Assembly: GCA_963815115.1 (NCBI GenBank)
Contig: CAWFFN010000009.1
Location: 1,872,191 to 1,936,190 of the forward strand
DNA: 64,000 nt
Origin: an uncultured delta proteobacterium
GTDB taxonomy: Bacteria; Desulfobacterota; Binatia; DP-6
Direction: 5' to 3'
Position 1 is the first letter of the stretch. Each line of letters starts with the position of its first letter. The position numbers were made by a program, and so were the translations under genes. Of this stretch, positions 27,608-37,196 are shown piece after piece. Under the pieces are notes generated by a model. It ran no database searches and was not told the DNA's origin. It was given only the letters and a program-made list of their open reading frames with translations.

Positions 27608-28060
27608 TCAGCCGCGCGCGATCGCGGCCGCCTGTTCCAGGCTGATGCCATTGACGAGCGGATCAGCGTGGCGGTGCGCCAGCTGCCAGTCGGATCCTTC
27701 ACGGCGAAAGACCAGGGTGACGCGCAGCGACCAGTCCTGGTCCGGTAGACCACCGACTTCGCCATGCTGCCGTTCGATGATCGCAAGAACCACCATGTCG
27801 CCCGAGACGTAGGATTGCACCAGCTCCAGCTCCGACGTGCCGGCCCTGAAGTAGCGCGCAAGCTCGGCCAAGCGCTCGCTGGAGTCGTCGAAGCCGCGCG
27901 TGGGCGCTCCGCCGAAGGGCGCCATGAGCGTGTAATCGTCCGCGTGGGTGATCAGCGTGGCGTATCGGCGCATGTCTCCGCGCATGAACGCCGCGTTGGC
28001 TTCCTCGGTGCGCCGGATGAGTGCGGTAAGCTCGTCGTCGGTGATGGTTCCTTGCGCCAT
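27608..28060 (-). CDS. NTF2/SnoaL-like domain protein
   Basis: ANAAFMRGD, LRVTLVFRREGSDWQLAHRHADP. RBS aggagg. Confidence 0.85.
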   Translation of the reverse strand: MAQGTITDDELTALIRRTEEANAAFMRGDMRRYATLITHADDYTLMAPFGGAPTRGFDDSSERLAELARYFRAGTSELELVQSYVSGDMVVLAIIERQHGEVGGLPDQDWSLRVTLVFRREGSDWQLAHRHADPLVNGISLEQAAAIARG

Positions 28061-28608
28061 GGCCGCATCCTCCTGATGAGTAGACATTCACCACAGAACC
28101 GCAAGGGCGGCGTCGCGACGGTCATCGGCGGGTGGGCAAGGTGCGTGCGTCGCTCATCCTCGTGGATGGGTCGGACCTGACCGCGGACACGAGGGCCAGG
28201 ACCAGAACGCTCGTGAGACGGGTGACGCCGGATCCCTGCTGCAACCACCATGCGATGGTGCCTCGAGCTCGCCCGATCGCCAAGCGGCACGCTCGATCTC
28301 ATCGGGTGTGCCCGAGCGCGATGGCCTGTCGTTCTCCTGGCGCGACACGGCGATCCCGGCCGCCGGCTCTGCTGATCCGGCCACGAGGACCGTCGTCCGC
28401 GGCTGCGTGTACGCGAGCGCCGACCTTGGGCTCGACGCCCTCGCCCCCGCCGCCCGCACGCGCGCGCGTTCGGGTCCGCCGGAAGGCCACTCTCAGCTGC
28501 ATGAAAGCCGAGCGCGCCCCGGCCGCCCGCGCATCGCGCACGTCCAGCGGACCGCGCGGGCGAACCGGGCTGTCTCAACGATCGGCGCGTGCTACGACAG
28601 TCGCCGTC

Positions 28609-30555
28609 GTGGGCGCCGGTCGGCACGCGCGCGCTCGGCGCAGGGCGAGCGTGGCGGCTCTGGCAGTGGCGATGGTCGCCGTCGCGGTGCCGACCTCGTC
28701 TCAACGAAGACCGAAGCCCGCGCCGTGTCCCGATCAAGGGTACGTGGTGTCCGGCGGGGTGTTCGGGGCACCCGACGCAACGCTCACCGTCCAGGGCCGG
28801 ATGGTGTCGATCGACGGTGTCTGCCCTCCCATCCGCGGCCGCGTGAAGGCGACACGGAAGGGGACGCGGGTGATCGCCGGCTGGAAGGCCTGCGGCGAGG
28901 AGCGCCGGGTTCGGTTGCGCGGCCGGATCGACGTCGAGTGCGCGCTGTTCACCGGCACGATCGCTGCGCGCCGGCGCGGTCGCGTGTCGATCGTCGCCGC
29001 TCCGCCACCACCTGCGAGCGGGACGACCGTTGCCCCGACGTCGACGACCGCGCCGCCGGTCTCCAGCTCCACCTCGACCACCACGCCCGCCCCCGGCACG
29101 CCGACGACGACGGTCATGACGACCTCCACCTCGACGACGATGCCTGCGCGCGTCGCCTGCGACGAGCAGAGCCTGCGCCAGGCCGTCGCCGTCGGCGGTG
29201 CCATCGTGCTCGACTGCGATGCCGTGACGATCCCGATCGCCGCCGCGTTGGTCGTGCCGGCCGGTGTCGCCGCATCGATCGCGTCGCGCGGGCCTGGCAC
29301 GGTCGTGCTCAACGGTTCGGGCGAGACACGGCTGTTCGTGGTGGCCGGCACGCTCGAGCTTGCCGATCTCGTCGTGGAGGACTTCGCCGCCGAGGGCGAG
29401 CTCGGGGACGACGGCGTCGCGGCAGCCGATGGTACCGATGGCCTGAACGGCGCCGACGGCGGCCCGGGCGAGAACGGGACCAAGGGGGAGAATGGGCTCG
29501 CCGCCGGCACGCCGGAGACCGCGGGCGGCGGCGAGACCGCCCGTGGCGGCGCCATCCTGATCGCGTCCGGGGGCGTGGTCCGACTGACGCGAGTCGTCTT
29601 CCGTCTGAACCTGGTCTTCGGGGGGTATGGCGGCGACGGTGCGTTCTGCAACGGCCCGCCGGACGGGTTCGGCTGCGGCGACGGTGGCATCGGTGGCGAC
29701 GGCGGTGCCGGCGGTGCCCTCGCCGCAGGAGTGCCCGGAAGCGGCGGAAACGGCGGCGTCGGCGGGCTCGGGGGGGCCGGGGCGAGCGGTTCGTCCGGCG
29801 GCCGCGGCGGCAACGGGGAGGGCGGCGCCATCTACAACGCGGGCACGCTCGAGATCGCGGACAGCACGTTCGACCGCAACGAGGCGATCGGTGGCTTTGG
29901 TGGGATCGCCGAGTTCGGCCGCGATGGCGGCGCCGGTGGATTCGGGGGCGACGGGGGCGACGCGGACGAGGCCGGAGGCGACGGGGGCGCCGGAGGACAC
30001 GGCGGTGATGCTGGCGCCGGCGGCCAGGGCGGGCCCGCCGGCCATGCCCTCGGCGGCGCGATCCACAACGCCGCTGGCGGAGCGCTCGCCATCACGCGTA
30101 CCGTATTCATGGAAAACGTCGCGACCGGTGGTGACGGCGGCGACGGCGGCGACAGCGGCTTCTGCGACAACGGCGGCGACGGCGGCGTGCCTGGCGTGGC
30201 GCGTGACGACCCGGCCGGAAACGGGACCGGCGGCGCGGGCGGGAACGGCGGTGCCGGCGGCGACGGCGGCGCGGCGGGCAACGGTGGCGACGCCCTCGGC
30301 GGCGCGATCTACAACGCCGGCACGTTGATGATCGATGCCTCGGTCGTGTTCGTCGGGAACGACGTCGTCGGTGGTCTCAGCGTGCCCGAGACTCCGGACT
30401 GCCTGGGCGGCGGCCCGTGTCCCGGACTTGCCGACGTGGGCTGCGACGGCGGCCTCGCGGGCGACGGCGCGAGCGATGGGGACCCCGGCGCGGACGGCAC
30501 GGAAGGCGCTCCCGGCACACCGCCGACGACCGGCGGCCCGGACGTGGGACCGTAG
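28609..30555 (+). CDS. secreted glycine-rich repeat protein (GGAI/FxxN beta-helix repeats with PGRS-like inserts)
   Basis: Signal-like N-terminus, Cys-containing domain, Thr/Pro linker, four GGAI...FxxN units separated by GGxGGxG runs. Start uncertain. Confidence 0.75.
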   Translation: MGAGRHARARRRASVAALAVAMVAVAVPTSSQRRPKPAPCPDQGYVVSGGVFGAPDATLTVQGRMVSIDGVCPPIRGRVKATRKGTRVIAGWKACGEERRVRLRGRIDVECALFTGTIAARRRGRVSIVAAPPPPASGTTVAPTSTTAPPVSSSTSTTTPAPGTPTTTVMTTSTSTTMPARVACDEQSLRQAVAVGGAIVLDCDAVTIPIAAALVVPAGVAASIASRGPGTVVLNGSGETRLFVVAGTLELADLVVEDFAAEGELGDDGVAAADGTDGLNGADGGPGENGTKGENGLAAGTPETAGGGETARGGAILIASGGVVRLTRVVFRLNLVFGGYGGDGAFCNGPPDGFGCGDGGIGGDGGAGGALAAGVPGSGGNGGVGGLGGAGASGSSGGRGGNGEGGAIYNAGTLEIADSTFDRNEAIGGFGGIAEFGRDGGAGGFGGDGGDADEAGGDGGAGGHGGDAGAGGQGGPAGHALGGAIHNAAGGALAITRTVFMENVATGGDGGDGGDSGFCDNGGDGGVPGVARDDPAGNGTGGAGGNGGAGGDGGAAGNGGDALGGAIYNAGTLMIDASVVFVGNDVVGGLSVPETPDCLGGGPCPGLADVGCDGGLAGDGASDGDPGADGTEGAPGTPPTTGGPDVGP

Positions 30556-30780
30556 AGACTGCGGCGCTCGCGAACGGTTCCACTCGCGCCGCTCCTCCCG
30601 GGTTCTGGCCTGCTCGCCGGCACTGCGATGAGCCAGCGCGACCCGAATCGCGGCCCGCGATCGGCCCCGCCGCCTCACGCGTAGCTCGGTCGAGTCCAGC
30701 AGCACGCGCCGGCGGCGGAGATGCCCCGGTCCCTCCGCGGAGCCATGCCGGCGTCCCGGTCACACGAAGAAACGAAAGGG

Positions 30781-31458
30781 GTGCATCGACGCCCCGGGAG
30801 GAAAGACCACAACCAGGCCGACGCCGAGATCCCGGCCGGAGCCACCGCCAACCAGAGCCTCGACAACGCCGACACCATCCTCGGCGGTCGGGGCGACGAC
30901 ATCCTGATCGGGATGCTGGGCAGCGACGTGCTGCTCGGCGGCCCCGGCGACGACGTCATGATCGGCGGCATCGAGGGCGGCAGCCGCCCCAACCAGGACG
31001 TCCAGATCGGCGACACGGGCAACGACATCGCGCTCTGGCAGGCCGGCGACGGCAGCGACCTCTTCGACGGCGGCCCCGGTCCGCGCGACACGCTCATCTT
31101 CGGCACCATCGACCGCGACGCCAACAACGTCCCTGTCCTCTCGCCGGTGGACGGCCGTCACGCCGAGACCGGGCTCCCCACGGCCAACGTGAGCGGCCAG
31201 GGCGGCTTCTGCCGGCTCGAGGCGGTCGCCGATCCGGCGGCCCGCGGCTTCGAGTTCCTGGTGCGCTTCTTCTCGCGCGCAACGGGGAATCTACTCGTCA
31301 CCGTCCGCACACACGACGTGGAGCAGGTATTCTGCACCACCGAGGCGGGCGGCGGCGTCACCTTCGCCGACCTGACCAAGCCCAACCCGGACTTTGTCGA
31401 GATCCCGCTCGCCGCGGTGCGGGACGTCAACTCCGACGTCGCACGCATGATTCGCTGA
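30781..31458 (+). CDS. hemolysin-type (RTX-like) calcium-binding repeat protein, possibly 5'-truncated
   Basis: Nonapeptide repeats DTILGGRGD, DILIGMLGS, DVLLGGPGD, DLFDGGPG. No signal peptide. Start uncertain. Confidence 0.65.
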   Translation: MHRRPGRKDHNQADAEIPAGATANQSLDNADTILGGRGDDILIGMLGSDVLLGGPGDDVMIGGIEGGSRPNQDVQIGDTGNDIALWQAGDGSDLFDGGPGPRDTLIFGTIDRDANNVPVLSPVDGRHAETGLPTANVSGQGGFCRLEAVADPAARGFEFLVRFFSRATGNLLVTVRTHDVEQVFCTTEAGGGVTFADLTKPNPDFVEIPLAAVRDVNSDVARMIR

Positions 31459-31483
31459 ACCCCTCTTCTCGGTTCAGCGTCCG

Positions 31484-31523
31484 GCGCGGGCCGCGTCCCC
31501 TGTACGGGGGGCGCGGCCCGCGC
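31484..31523. terminator. GC-rich hairpin after the RTX-like gene
   Basis: gcgcgggccgcgtcccc - loop - ggggggcgcggcccgcgc, 25 nt after the stop. Confidence 0.55.
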
Positions 31524-31543
31524 GCGTCTGGCGAACGGCCGCC

Positions 31544-31572
31544 CGGTAGCGGCCGCTACCTGCGAGGTAGCG
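31544..31572. promoter_or_regulatory. three-half-site operator-like element, copy 1
   Basis: cGGTAGCGG CCGCTACCT gcg AGGTAGCG, ending 65 nt before ATG 31637. Confidence 0.55.
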
Positions 31573-31636
31573 CCTCCCCGGCAGGGACGAGACGCACGCT
31601 CGTCTCGACGCGTCATCGGCTCTCGGGGGAGGTTCC

Positions 31637-31935
31637 ATGGGACATGGCCGGTTGCACGGGCGGACGAAGGGGCCGCCACGCCTGGGGCGAATGCCGGCAT
31701 GGGTCTGCTCGAGGTGAAGATCCAGGGGAAGGTCGGTCCCGGGGAGCAGCCGCTCGTGCTGGTCGTGCCGCCGAACCCGGGCACCGGCGCGACCGCGCTC
31801 CTGCGGGTCAACGGCGGCCCCGAGTACTGCATCGGCTTCGGCGGCGCCGCGGGTGGCCAGATCGCCGACAAGGGCGCGACGTCGTTCAAGGTGACGAAGC
31901 CGACGGCGCAGGCCTGCTCCTCCCCCGGGGACTGA
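31637..31935 (+). pseudogene. internally deleted secreted-protein gene remnant
   Basis: Strong RBS ggggagg and ATG 31637 give a 26-aa basic leader that stops. An out-of-frame C-terminal-like domain (VVPPNPGTGA..EYCIGFGGAAGG..FKVTKPTAQAC) ends at TGA 31935. Confidence 0.5.
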
Positions 31936-31948
31936 TCTCACTCCGACG

Positions 31949-31978
31949 AGGTAGCGGCCCGCTACCTCGAAGGTGGCG
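31949..31978. promoter_or_regulatory. three-half-site operator-like element, copy 2
   Basis: AGGTAGCGG c CCGCTACCT cga AGGTGGCG, ending 64 nt before ATG 32042. Confidence 0.55.
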
Positions 31979-32041
31979 CCCATCAGGAGAGAGCTCCGCG
32001 CGACACGTGCGGGCAGGGCAACGGAACTCCAAGGAGGCAAG

Positions 32042-34321
32042 ATGACAGCACGGAATCTTCTCTGGCTGGTGCTCGGTGCCGTCGGGGTGCCGCTCCTCAT
32101 CGAGGGCAACTACGGGTGCGGCTTTCACTCCCAGGCGTCGGCGCCGGTCGACGACAACGCCTACACCTGCGGATGCCGCTGCGATGCTGCCCCCGTCACG
32201 AAGACGGTGACGATCGTCGCGAACACCGACGATGCCGAGCAGGACGGCGCCAACGTCCGCCTCGGGGGCAACGACCTGCACATCGGGCCCGAGATCGTCG
32301 GCCTGCGCTTCGTCAACGTCGGGCTCCCCAAGGACGCGACGATCGTGAGCGCCGCCGTGCAGTTCACGGCCAGCGCGAACGACATCGACCCGACTACCGT
32401 GGCGATCGTCGCGGAGCTCGACACCAACGCGGCGACGTTCAGCAACACCGACAACGACATCAGCAACCGGCCCCGCACCCTGGCCGCGGTGCCGTGGTCG
32501 CCCGGCCCCTGGGCCAACAACGAGACAGGACCGGCCGAGCGGACGCCCGATCTGTCCCCGCTGCTCGCGGAGCTCGTGAGCCAGGCGGGCTGGTCGGGGA
32601 ATAGCCCCGTGGTGCTGCGCTTCGAGGCGGGCACCGGCCAGCGTCGAGCGGTCGCGTTCTCGGGAGATCCGAGGCATGCCGCCGTGCTCCAGGTGACGTT
32701 CACGGCGCCGCTCAGCATCGACGTGCCCGTGTGCGCGACGCCGGACATCGTGGCGCAGAACGATGACAGCGGCGTGCTCCCGCAGGCGGTGGCCGACGCG
32801 GACTGCCGCGGCCGCGTGACCGACAACCTGAAGGCGCTGGGCGGCGCTTGCGGCTATCCAACGGCGTCCTGCACCTGCGGACTCGTGATCCCGGACCAGG
32901 GCGACGCCACCTTCGACCGCGACGTGTGCGAGGGCGCGTCCTGTGGCGCAGTTCCCGTGGACGCCACGTGCTCCAACTTCGACCCGAACGGCTTCGGGGA
33001 CTGCATCCGCGGCGGCGGCACCGAGGCGAGCTGCGCGCACTTCATCGCGGCGAACAGCGCGGCGGGCAGCACGCAGGTCTGCCTCGCGACCGAGCACGAC
33101 TCCCGGCATGGCGGCCCGGGTCTTCGGCAACCACAGCACCTGCGACGTCAGCGGGTCGAGCCACATCCAGGTCGGCGACCGCGAGCCGAAGCACGATCCG
33201 CACACGACCGGCACCGTGGACATCCTCGGGGACCCGTGCCCGGGCGGCGGGTGCGCCGTCGGCGCCTCCCTCGGGCTCGCGATGGCGCCGATCACGTTCT
33301 CGGTCCATTTCGCCTCCGATCCGACGTTCTTCGACCTGAGCGCGTCCGGTGACACCTCCCTCACGACGCTCAGCGGTGTCGACGCCGTCTTCGCGGAGGG
33401 CACGGTCCGTGGCACCGGGAACGGGCGGCGCGGGGACGACGGGCTCGCCGTCAATGCGCTGAACCAGGCACCGCTCACGCTCGGCATCGACTGGGCGGCG
33501 CACCGTGTGCGACCTGAACGGCAACCTCGCCTCGACCGTCGACGGCGAGAACTCCCGTCGGCACCTGCGACGGGGACCACCGCACGATATGCACGGCGGA
33601 CTCGCCCGATTGCGACGATGCGGGTGGCCCCTGCGTCTTCCCGGACCACGACGACGAGCCGATGACCGTCGACGTCGCGCTCGCCGGCTCGCTCGTGAAC
33701 CAGCCGCCCATCGCGACGGCGGGCGCGGACCAGACCGTCGAGTGCACGTCGACCGCCGGCGCGTCCTTCACGCTCAACGGCAGCGCCACCGACCCCGACC
33801 AGAACGCCACGCTCGCCAGCTGGCGCGCGGGCAGCCGGATCGGTCCCGAGGTCGGCCAGACGCTGGTGTCCCAGCAGACGCTCGGCGTCGGGACCCAGCA
33901 GACGTATGTCCTGCGCGTCATCGACACGTTCGCCCAGGCCGACGAGGACGTGACTCACGTCGCCGTCGTCGACACGACGCCGCCGAACCTGTCGGTGAGC
34001 GTGTCTCCGGCAACCCTCCACCCCCCGAACCACAAGCTGATCCCGATCACCGCGACGATCGTGGCCACCGACACCTGCGACGCCAGCCCGCTCGTCCGCC
34101 TCGTCTCGATCACGAGCAACGAGTCCGACAACGGCGGCGGCGACGGCAACACGACCGACGACATCCAGGGCGCGTCGTTCGGCACGGACGACCGCGAGTT
34201 CCAGCTCCGGAGCGAGCGCAGCGGCAAGGGTCAGGGACGCGTCTACACGATCACCTACTCGGCGACCGACGCGAGTGGCAACACCACGGTGCGCCAGGCG
34301 ACCGTGACGGTCCCGCACTGA
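32042..34321 (+). pseudogene. secreted Cys-rich multidomain protein with PKD/HYR-like C-terminus, interrupted by three +1 frameshifts (or sequencing errors)
   Basis: RBS aaggagg, signal peptide, DDAEQ..GLRF..PKDATIVSA domain. Coding sense continues across frames at ~33090, ~33504 and ~33553. NQPPIATAGADQTVEC, DTTPP, PPNHKL, GRVYTITYSATDASGN. Confidence 0.75.
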
Positions 34322-34329
34322 CGGAAGCA

Positions 34330-34362
34330 GGGGCGGCGGCGGCGGTTCGCCGCCGCCGCCCC
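34330..34362. terminator. hairpin between convergent genes
   Basis: ggggcggcggcgg ... ccgccgccgcccc, a 13-bp perfect stem between stops at 34321 and 34369. Confidence 0.65.
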
Positions 34363-34368
34363 GTCTCT

Positions 34369-35124
34369 TCACGCCGGGCGGCGAACTCGCATGAGCAGAG
34401 CGATGCCGATGCCCGCGAGTACGATGCAGCCGTATTGCGCCATCGTGAGCCCGAGGTAGCGGGCGTCGGCGCCCGGAAGGTCGCTCTGGCGCAGGAAGTC
34501 CAGAAGGAAGCGGGCCGGCGCATACAGGAGCGCGAGGACCGCGACGCTGGTGCCGGGCGGCCGGGGGCGGCGATTGAGAACGGCGACGGCCGGCACCAGG
34601 ACGACGACCGTATAGAGGAGCTCGTAGAGTCCGAGGTCGTGGCGGGGGCCGTCGGGAAAACGGACCGCGAGCAGGAACTCGCTCGGTCTCCCGACGTGGT
34701 CGTGCACGAGCGTGCAGCCGAGCCGGCCGAAGACCCATCCGACGACGAGGCTCTGCGCGAGGAGGTCGGCCATCGGCAGCCACGAGCGCCGCGCGCGGCC
34801 GTAGTAGAGGGTGAGGCCGAGCAACGCCCCGGCGAGGCCACCGAACGAGCTCATCCCGTTCCAGAACTCGAGCAGCACCCGCGGGCGCCAGCCGCCGGTT
34901 CCTCCTGCCTGCAGCAGGGCGACCAGGTGCGACAGGACCAGCCCCGGCACGACCGCGCTCAGGATCGCGGCGGGGATCTCGCGTTCGGAAACGCGCATCC
35001 GGCGCGCGTGCCGTTCCGCGAACCACGCGCCGGCGAAGATGCCGAGCGCGACGAGGGTTCCGAAGGCGGAGAGCGAGCGGCCTCCGCCGAGCGGGATCTC
35101 GCGGAGCTCGAAGTAGGGGATCAT
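34369..35124 (-). CDS. lgt: prolipoprotein diacylglyceryl transferase family protein
   Basis: MIPYF start, GMSSFGG, GRLGCTLVHDH, RHDLGLYE, RFLLDFLR, YLGLTMAQ. Multiple TM segments. Confidence 0.85.
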   Translation of the reverse strand: MIPYFELREIPLGGGRSLSAFGTLVALGIFAGAWFAERHARRMRVSEREIPAAILSAVVPGLVLSHLVALLQAGGTGGWRPRVLLEFWNGMSSFGGLAGALLGLTLYYGRARRSWLPMADLLAQSLVVGWVFGRLGCTLVHDHVGRPSEFLLAVRFPDGPRHDLGLYELLYTVVVLVPAVAVLNRRPRPPGTSVAVLALLYAPARFLLDFLRQSDLPGADARYLGLTMAQYGCIVLAGIGIALLMRVRRPA

Positions 35125-35315
35125 GCGGCGAGAGGCAGGGCGCCGAACCATGCCCGGAAGTCTGCTAGCCCGGGCCGAAGCACTTTTAAAGCCAGCAGGA
35201 ACGCGGCCACTGCGCCCCAACCACGAGTTTCCGCAGGCGTTTCGCCGTGCTCTGCCTCGACAACGGTTGTCGCCGTGGGCGCGTATCAATGGGATCAAGG
35301 AGGAACCTTCCATTG

Positions 35316-35639
35316 ATGTCGTGCGACGCCTTCATCGACCTGCTCCTCGAGCACTGGCCCCGGATCGCTTCCGTGGCGTGGGACGGCTGGCTGGTCCACG
35401 GCCGCGGCACGGTGACGATCGAGGACGGGATCGTCCCCCTGGTCCTGGCCTACCGGCCGGGTGCTCCCTGCCCGTGCTGTGCCGGGGCGGTCGAAACCTA
35501 CGATCCGGAGACGCAGGCCGTGGTGGCCGTTCTGCGCGACGGCGGACGGGTCGGCTGGCTCCAGACGCTCGGCGGGGAGCCCACGCCCGCGGCGTCGGAA
35601 GCCTTCCCGCCGGCGGCCGGCGAGGTGACGGTGCACTGA
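35316..35639 (+). CDS. small hypothetical protein
   Basis: RBS aaggagg, 107 aa, PCPCC motif, YDPETQAVVAV. TGATG overlap with the next gene. Confidence 0.65.
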   Translation: MSCDAFIDLLLEHWPRIASVAWDGWLVHGRGTVTIEDGIVPLVLAYRPGAPCPCCAGAVETYDPETQAVVAVLRDGGRVGWLQTLGGEPTPAASEAFPPAAGEVTVH

Positions 35640-37168
35640 TGCCGGCGACGTTGAGCAAGTCGAAGTATGTCGCAGGCCTCCAGTGCCCGCGCCGTCTCTG
35701 GCTCTCCCGCCACGCGCCGGAGCTCGGCACGCCTCCGACGGCGAGCCTCCTCGCCGTCTTCGACCAGGGCGCCGAGATCGGCCGGCGCGCGCGGGAACTG
35801 ATCGCCGATGGCGTACTGGTCGACGAGGAAGCCTGGGAGCACGGCCAGGCGATGGCCCGCACCCGCCAGCTGATGGCCGACCACAACGTCGGCGCCATCT
35901 TCGAGGCCGCGTTCGAGCATGCCGGGGTGCGGGTCCGCGTCGATGTCCTCGAGCGCCTCGGCCCGCGAAGCTGGGGGATGCGCGAGGTGAAGCAGGGCTC
36001 GTCGGTAAAGGACCACTACCTGGACGACGCGGCGGTGCAGCGCTTCGTCGTCGAGGGGGCAGGGGTGCGACTGCGCTCGGTCGAGATCATGCACGTCTGT
36101 CGCGACTACGTCCGCGGCGACGACGGCATCGACTGGCGGCGGTTCTTCCGGTGCGCCGATGTGGCCGCGGAGACGGCGTCACTGCTTCCCGACGTACCGG
36201 CGCGGGTGCGGGACCTCCTGCGAGTGCTCCGGAAGCGCAGCGCGCCCGAGGTGGAGCCCTCGCCGCACTGCTCGGACCCGTACAAGTGCGAGTTCTGGGC
36301 TCACTGCACGGCCGCCAAGCCGGTCGACTGGGTCGTCGGCGGCCTACCCGGGCTGAATCGCGAGCGCCTCGAGGGGCTCCGTGCCGCCGGCGTCGAGCGC
36401 ATCGGCGACATTCCCGAGGAGTTCCGGCTCGGACCGGCCCAGGCTCGCACGCGCGCCGCCTGGCTGGCCGGCGGCCTCTACCTGGAGCCGGGGCTCGCGG
36501 CCGCGCTCCGGCGGACCGGGCCGCCCGCAGACTATCTCGACTTCGAGACCGCGTTCCCCGCGATCCCGCTCTACGCCGGCCTGCGGCCGTACGACCAGGT
36601 CCCGTTCCAGTGGTCGCTACACCGCGTGGACACGACCGGTCGCGTGCTGCACCGCGAGTTCCTGGCCGGTGGCCGCACGGATCCGCGGCCGGAGTTCGCG
36701 CGCACGCTGCTGGCTGCGCTCCGCCACCGTCGCGCGCCGATCCTCGTGTGGTCGGGCTTCGAGTCCAACCGGCTGGCAGATCTCGCCGCGACGCTGCCCG
36801 AGCATGCCGCCGATCTCGCCGCCGTACGGTCGCGGCTGGTCGACCTGCTTCCCATCGTGCGCGGGCACGTCGCCCACCCGGAGTTCGGCGGGTCGTTCGG
36901 GCTCAAGCAGGTGGCGCCCGTGCTCGCGCCATCGATCGGCTATGACGACCTCGGCGGCGTGAGCGACGGCGGCGAGGCATCGTCGGCGCTGGTCAGCCTC
37001 GCGCTGGGGGCGTCCGAGTCGGAAGAGGAAGAGGTTGCGCTGCGCCACGCGCTCCTCGAGTACTGCCGGCGAGACACGCTCGCGCTGGTGGAGGTGCATC
37101 GCGCGCTGGGGCGGCTGCGGCCGGGGCCCACGCAGGGCGTGATCAAGGGCACGGCCTTGGATGGGTAG
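35639..37168 (+). CDS. DUF2779 protein (RecB/Cas4-like nuclease plus RNase H-like domain)
   Basis: LSKSKYVAGLQCPRRLWL, FEAAF..RVDVL..EVK, HCSDPYKCEFWAHC, YLDFET..PYDQVPFQWSLH, GSFGLKQV, LLEYCRRDT. Confidence 0.85.
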   Translation: MPATLSKSKYVAGLQCPRRLWLSRHAPELGTPPTASLLAVFDQGAEIGRRARELIADGVLVDEEAWEHGQAMARTRQLMADHNVGAIFEAAFEHAGVRVRVDVLERLGPRSWGMREVKQGSSVKDHYLDDAAVQRFVVEGAGVRLRSVEIMHVCRDYVRGDDGIDWRRFFRCADVAAETASLLPDVPARVRDLLRVLRKRSAPEVEPSPHCSDPYKCEFWAHCTAAKPVDWVVGGLPGLNRERLEGLRAAGVERIGDIPEEFRLGPAQARTRAAWLAGGLYLEPGLAAALRRTGPPADYLDFETAFPAIPLYAGLRPYDQVPFQWSLHRVDTTGRVLHREFLAGGRTDPRPEFARTLLAALRHRRAPILVWSGFESNRLADLAATLPEHAADLAAVRSRLVDLLPIVRGHVAHPEFGGSFGLKQVAPVLAPSIGYDDLGGVSDGGEASSALVSLALGASESEEEEVALRHALLEYCRRDTLALVEVHRALGRLRPGPTQGVIKGTALDG

Positions 37169-37196
37169 CCTTGTGCAAACCCAGGTCGCTGATCAT

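Noticed and set aside
29400-30540. Mycobacterial PE-PGRS gene or DNA tandem-repeat array
   Set aside because: No PE domain. The repeats are degenerate Gly codons within a coding sequence, not exact DNA repeats.
33080-33560. Programmed ribosomal frameshifting
   Set aside because: No slippery heptamer or stimulatory structure, and three successive shifts are implausible.
35639-37168. Cas4-like nuclease as a sign of CRISPR-Cas
   Set aside because: No repeat-spacer array or other cas genes are seen in the window.
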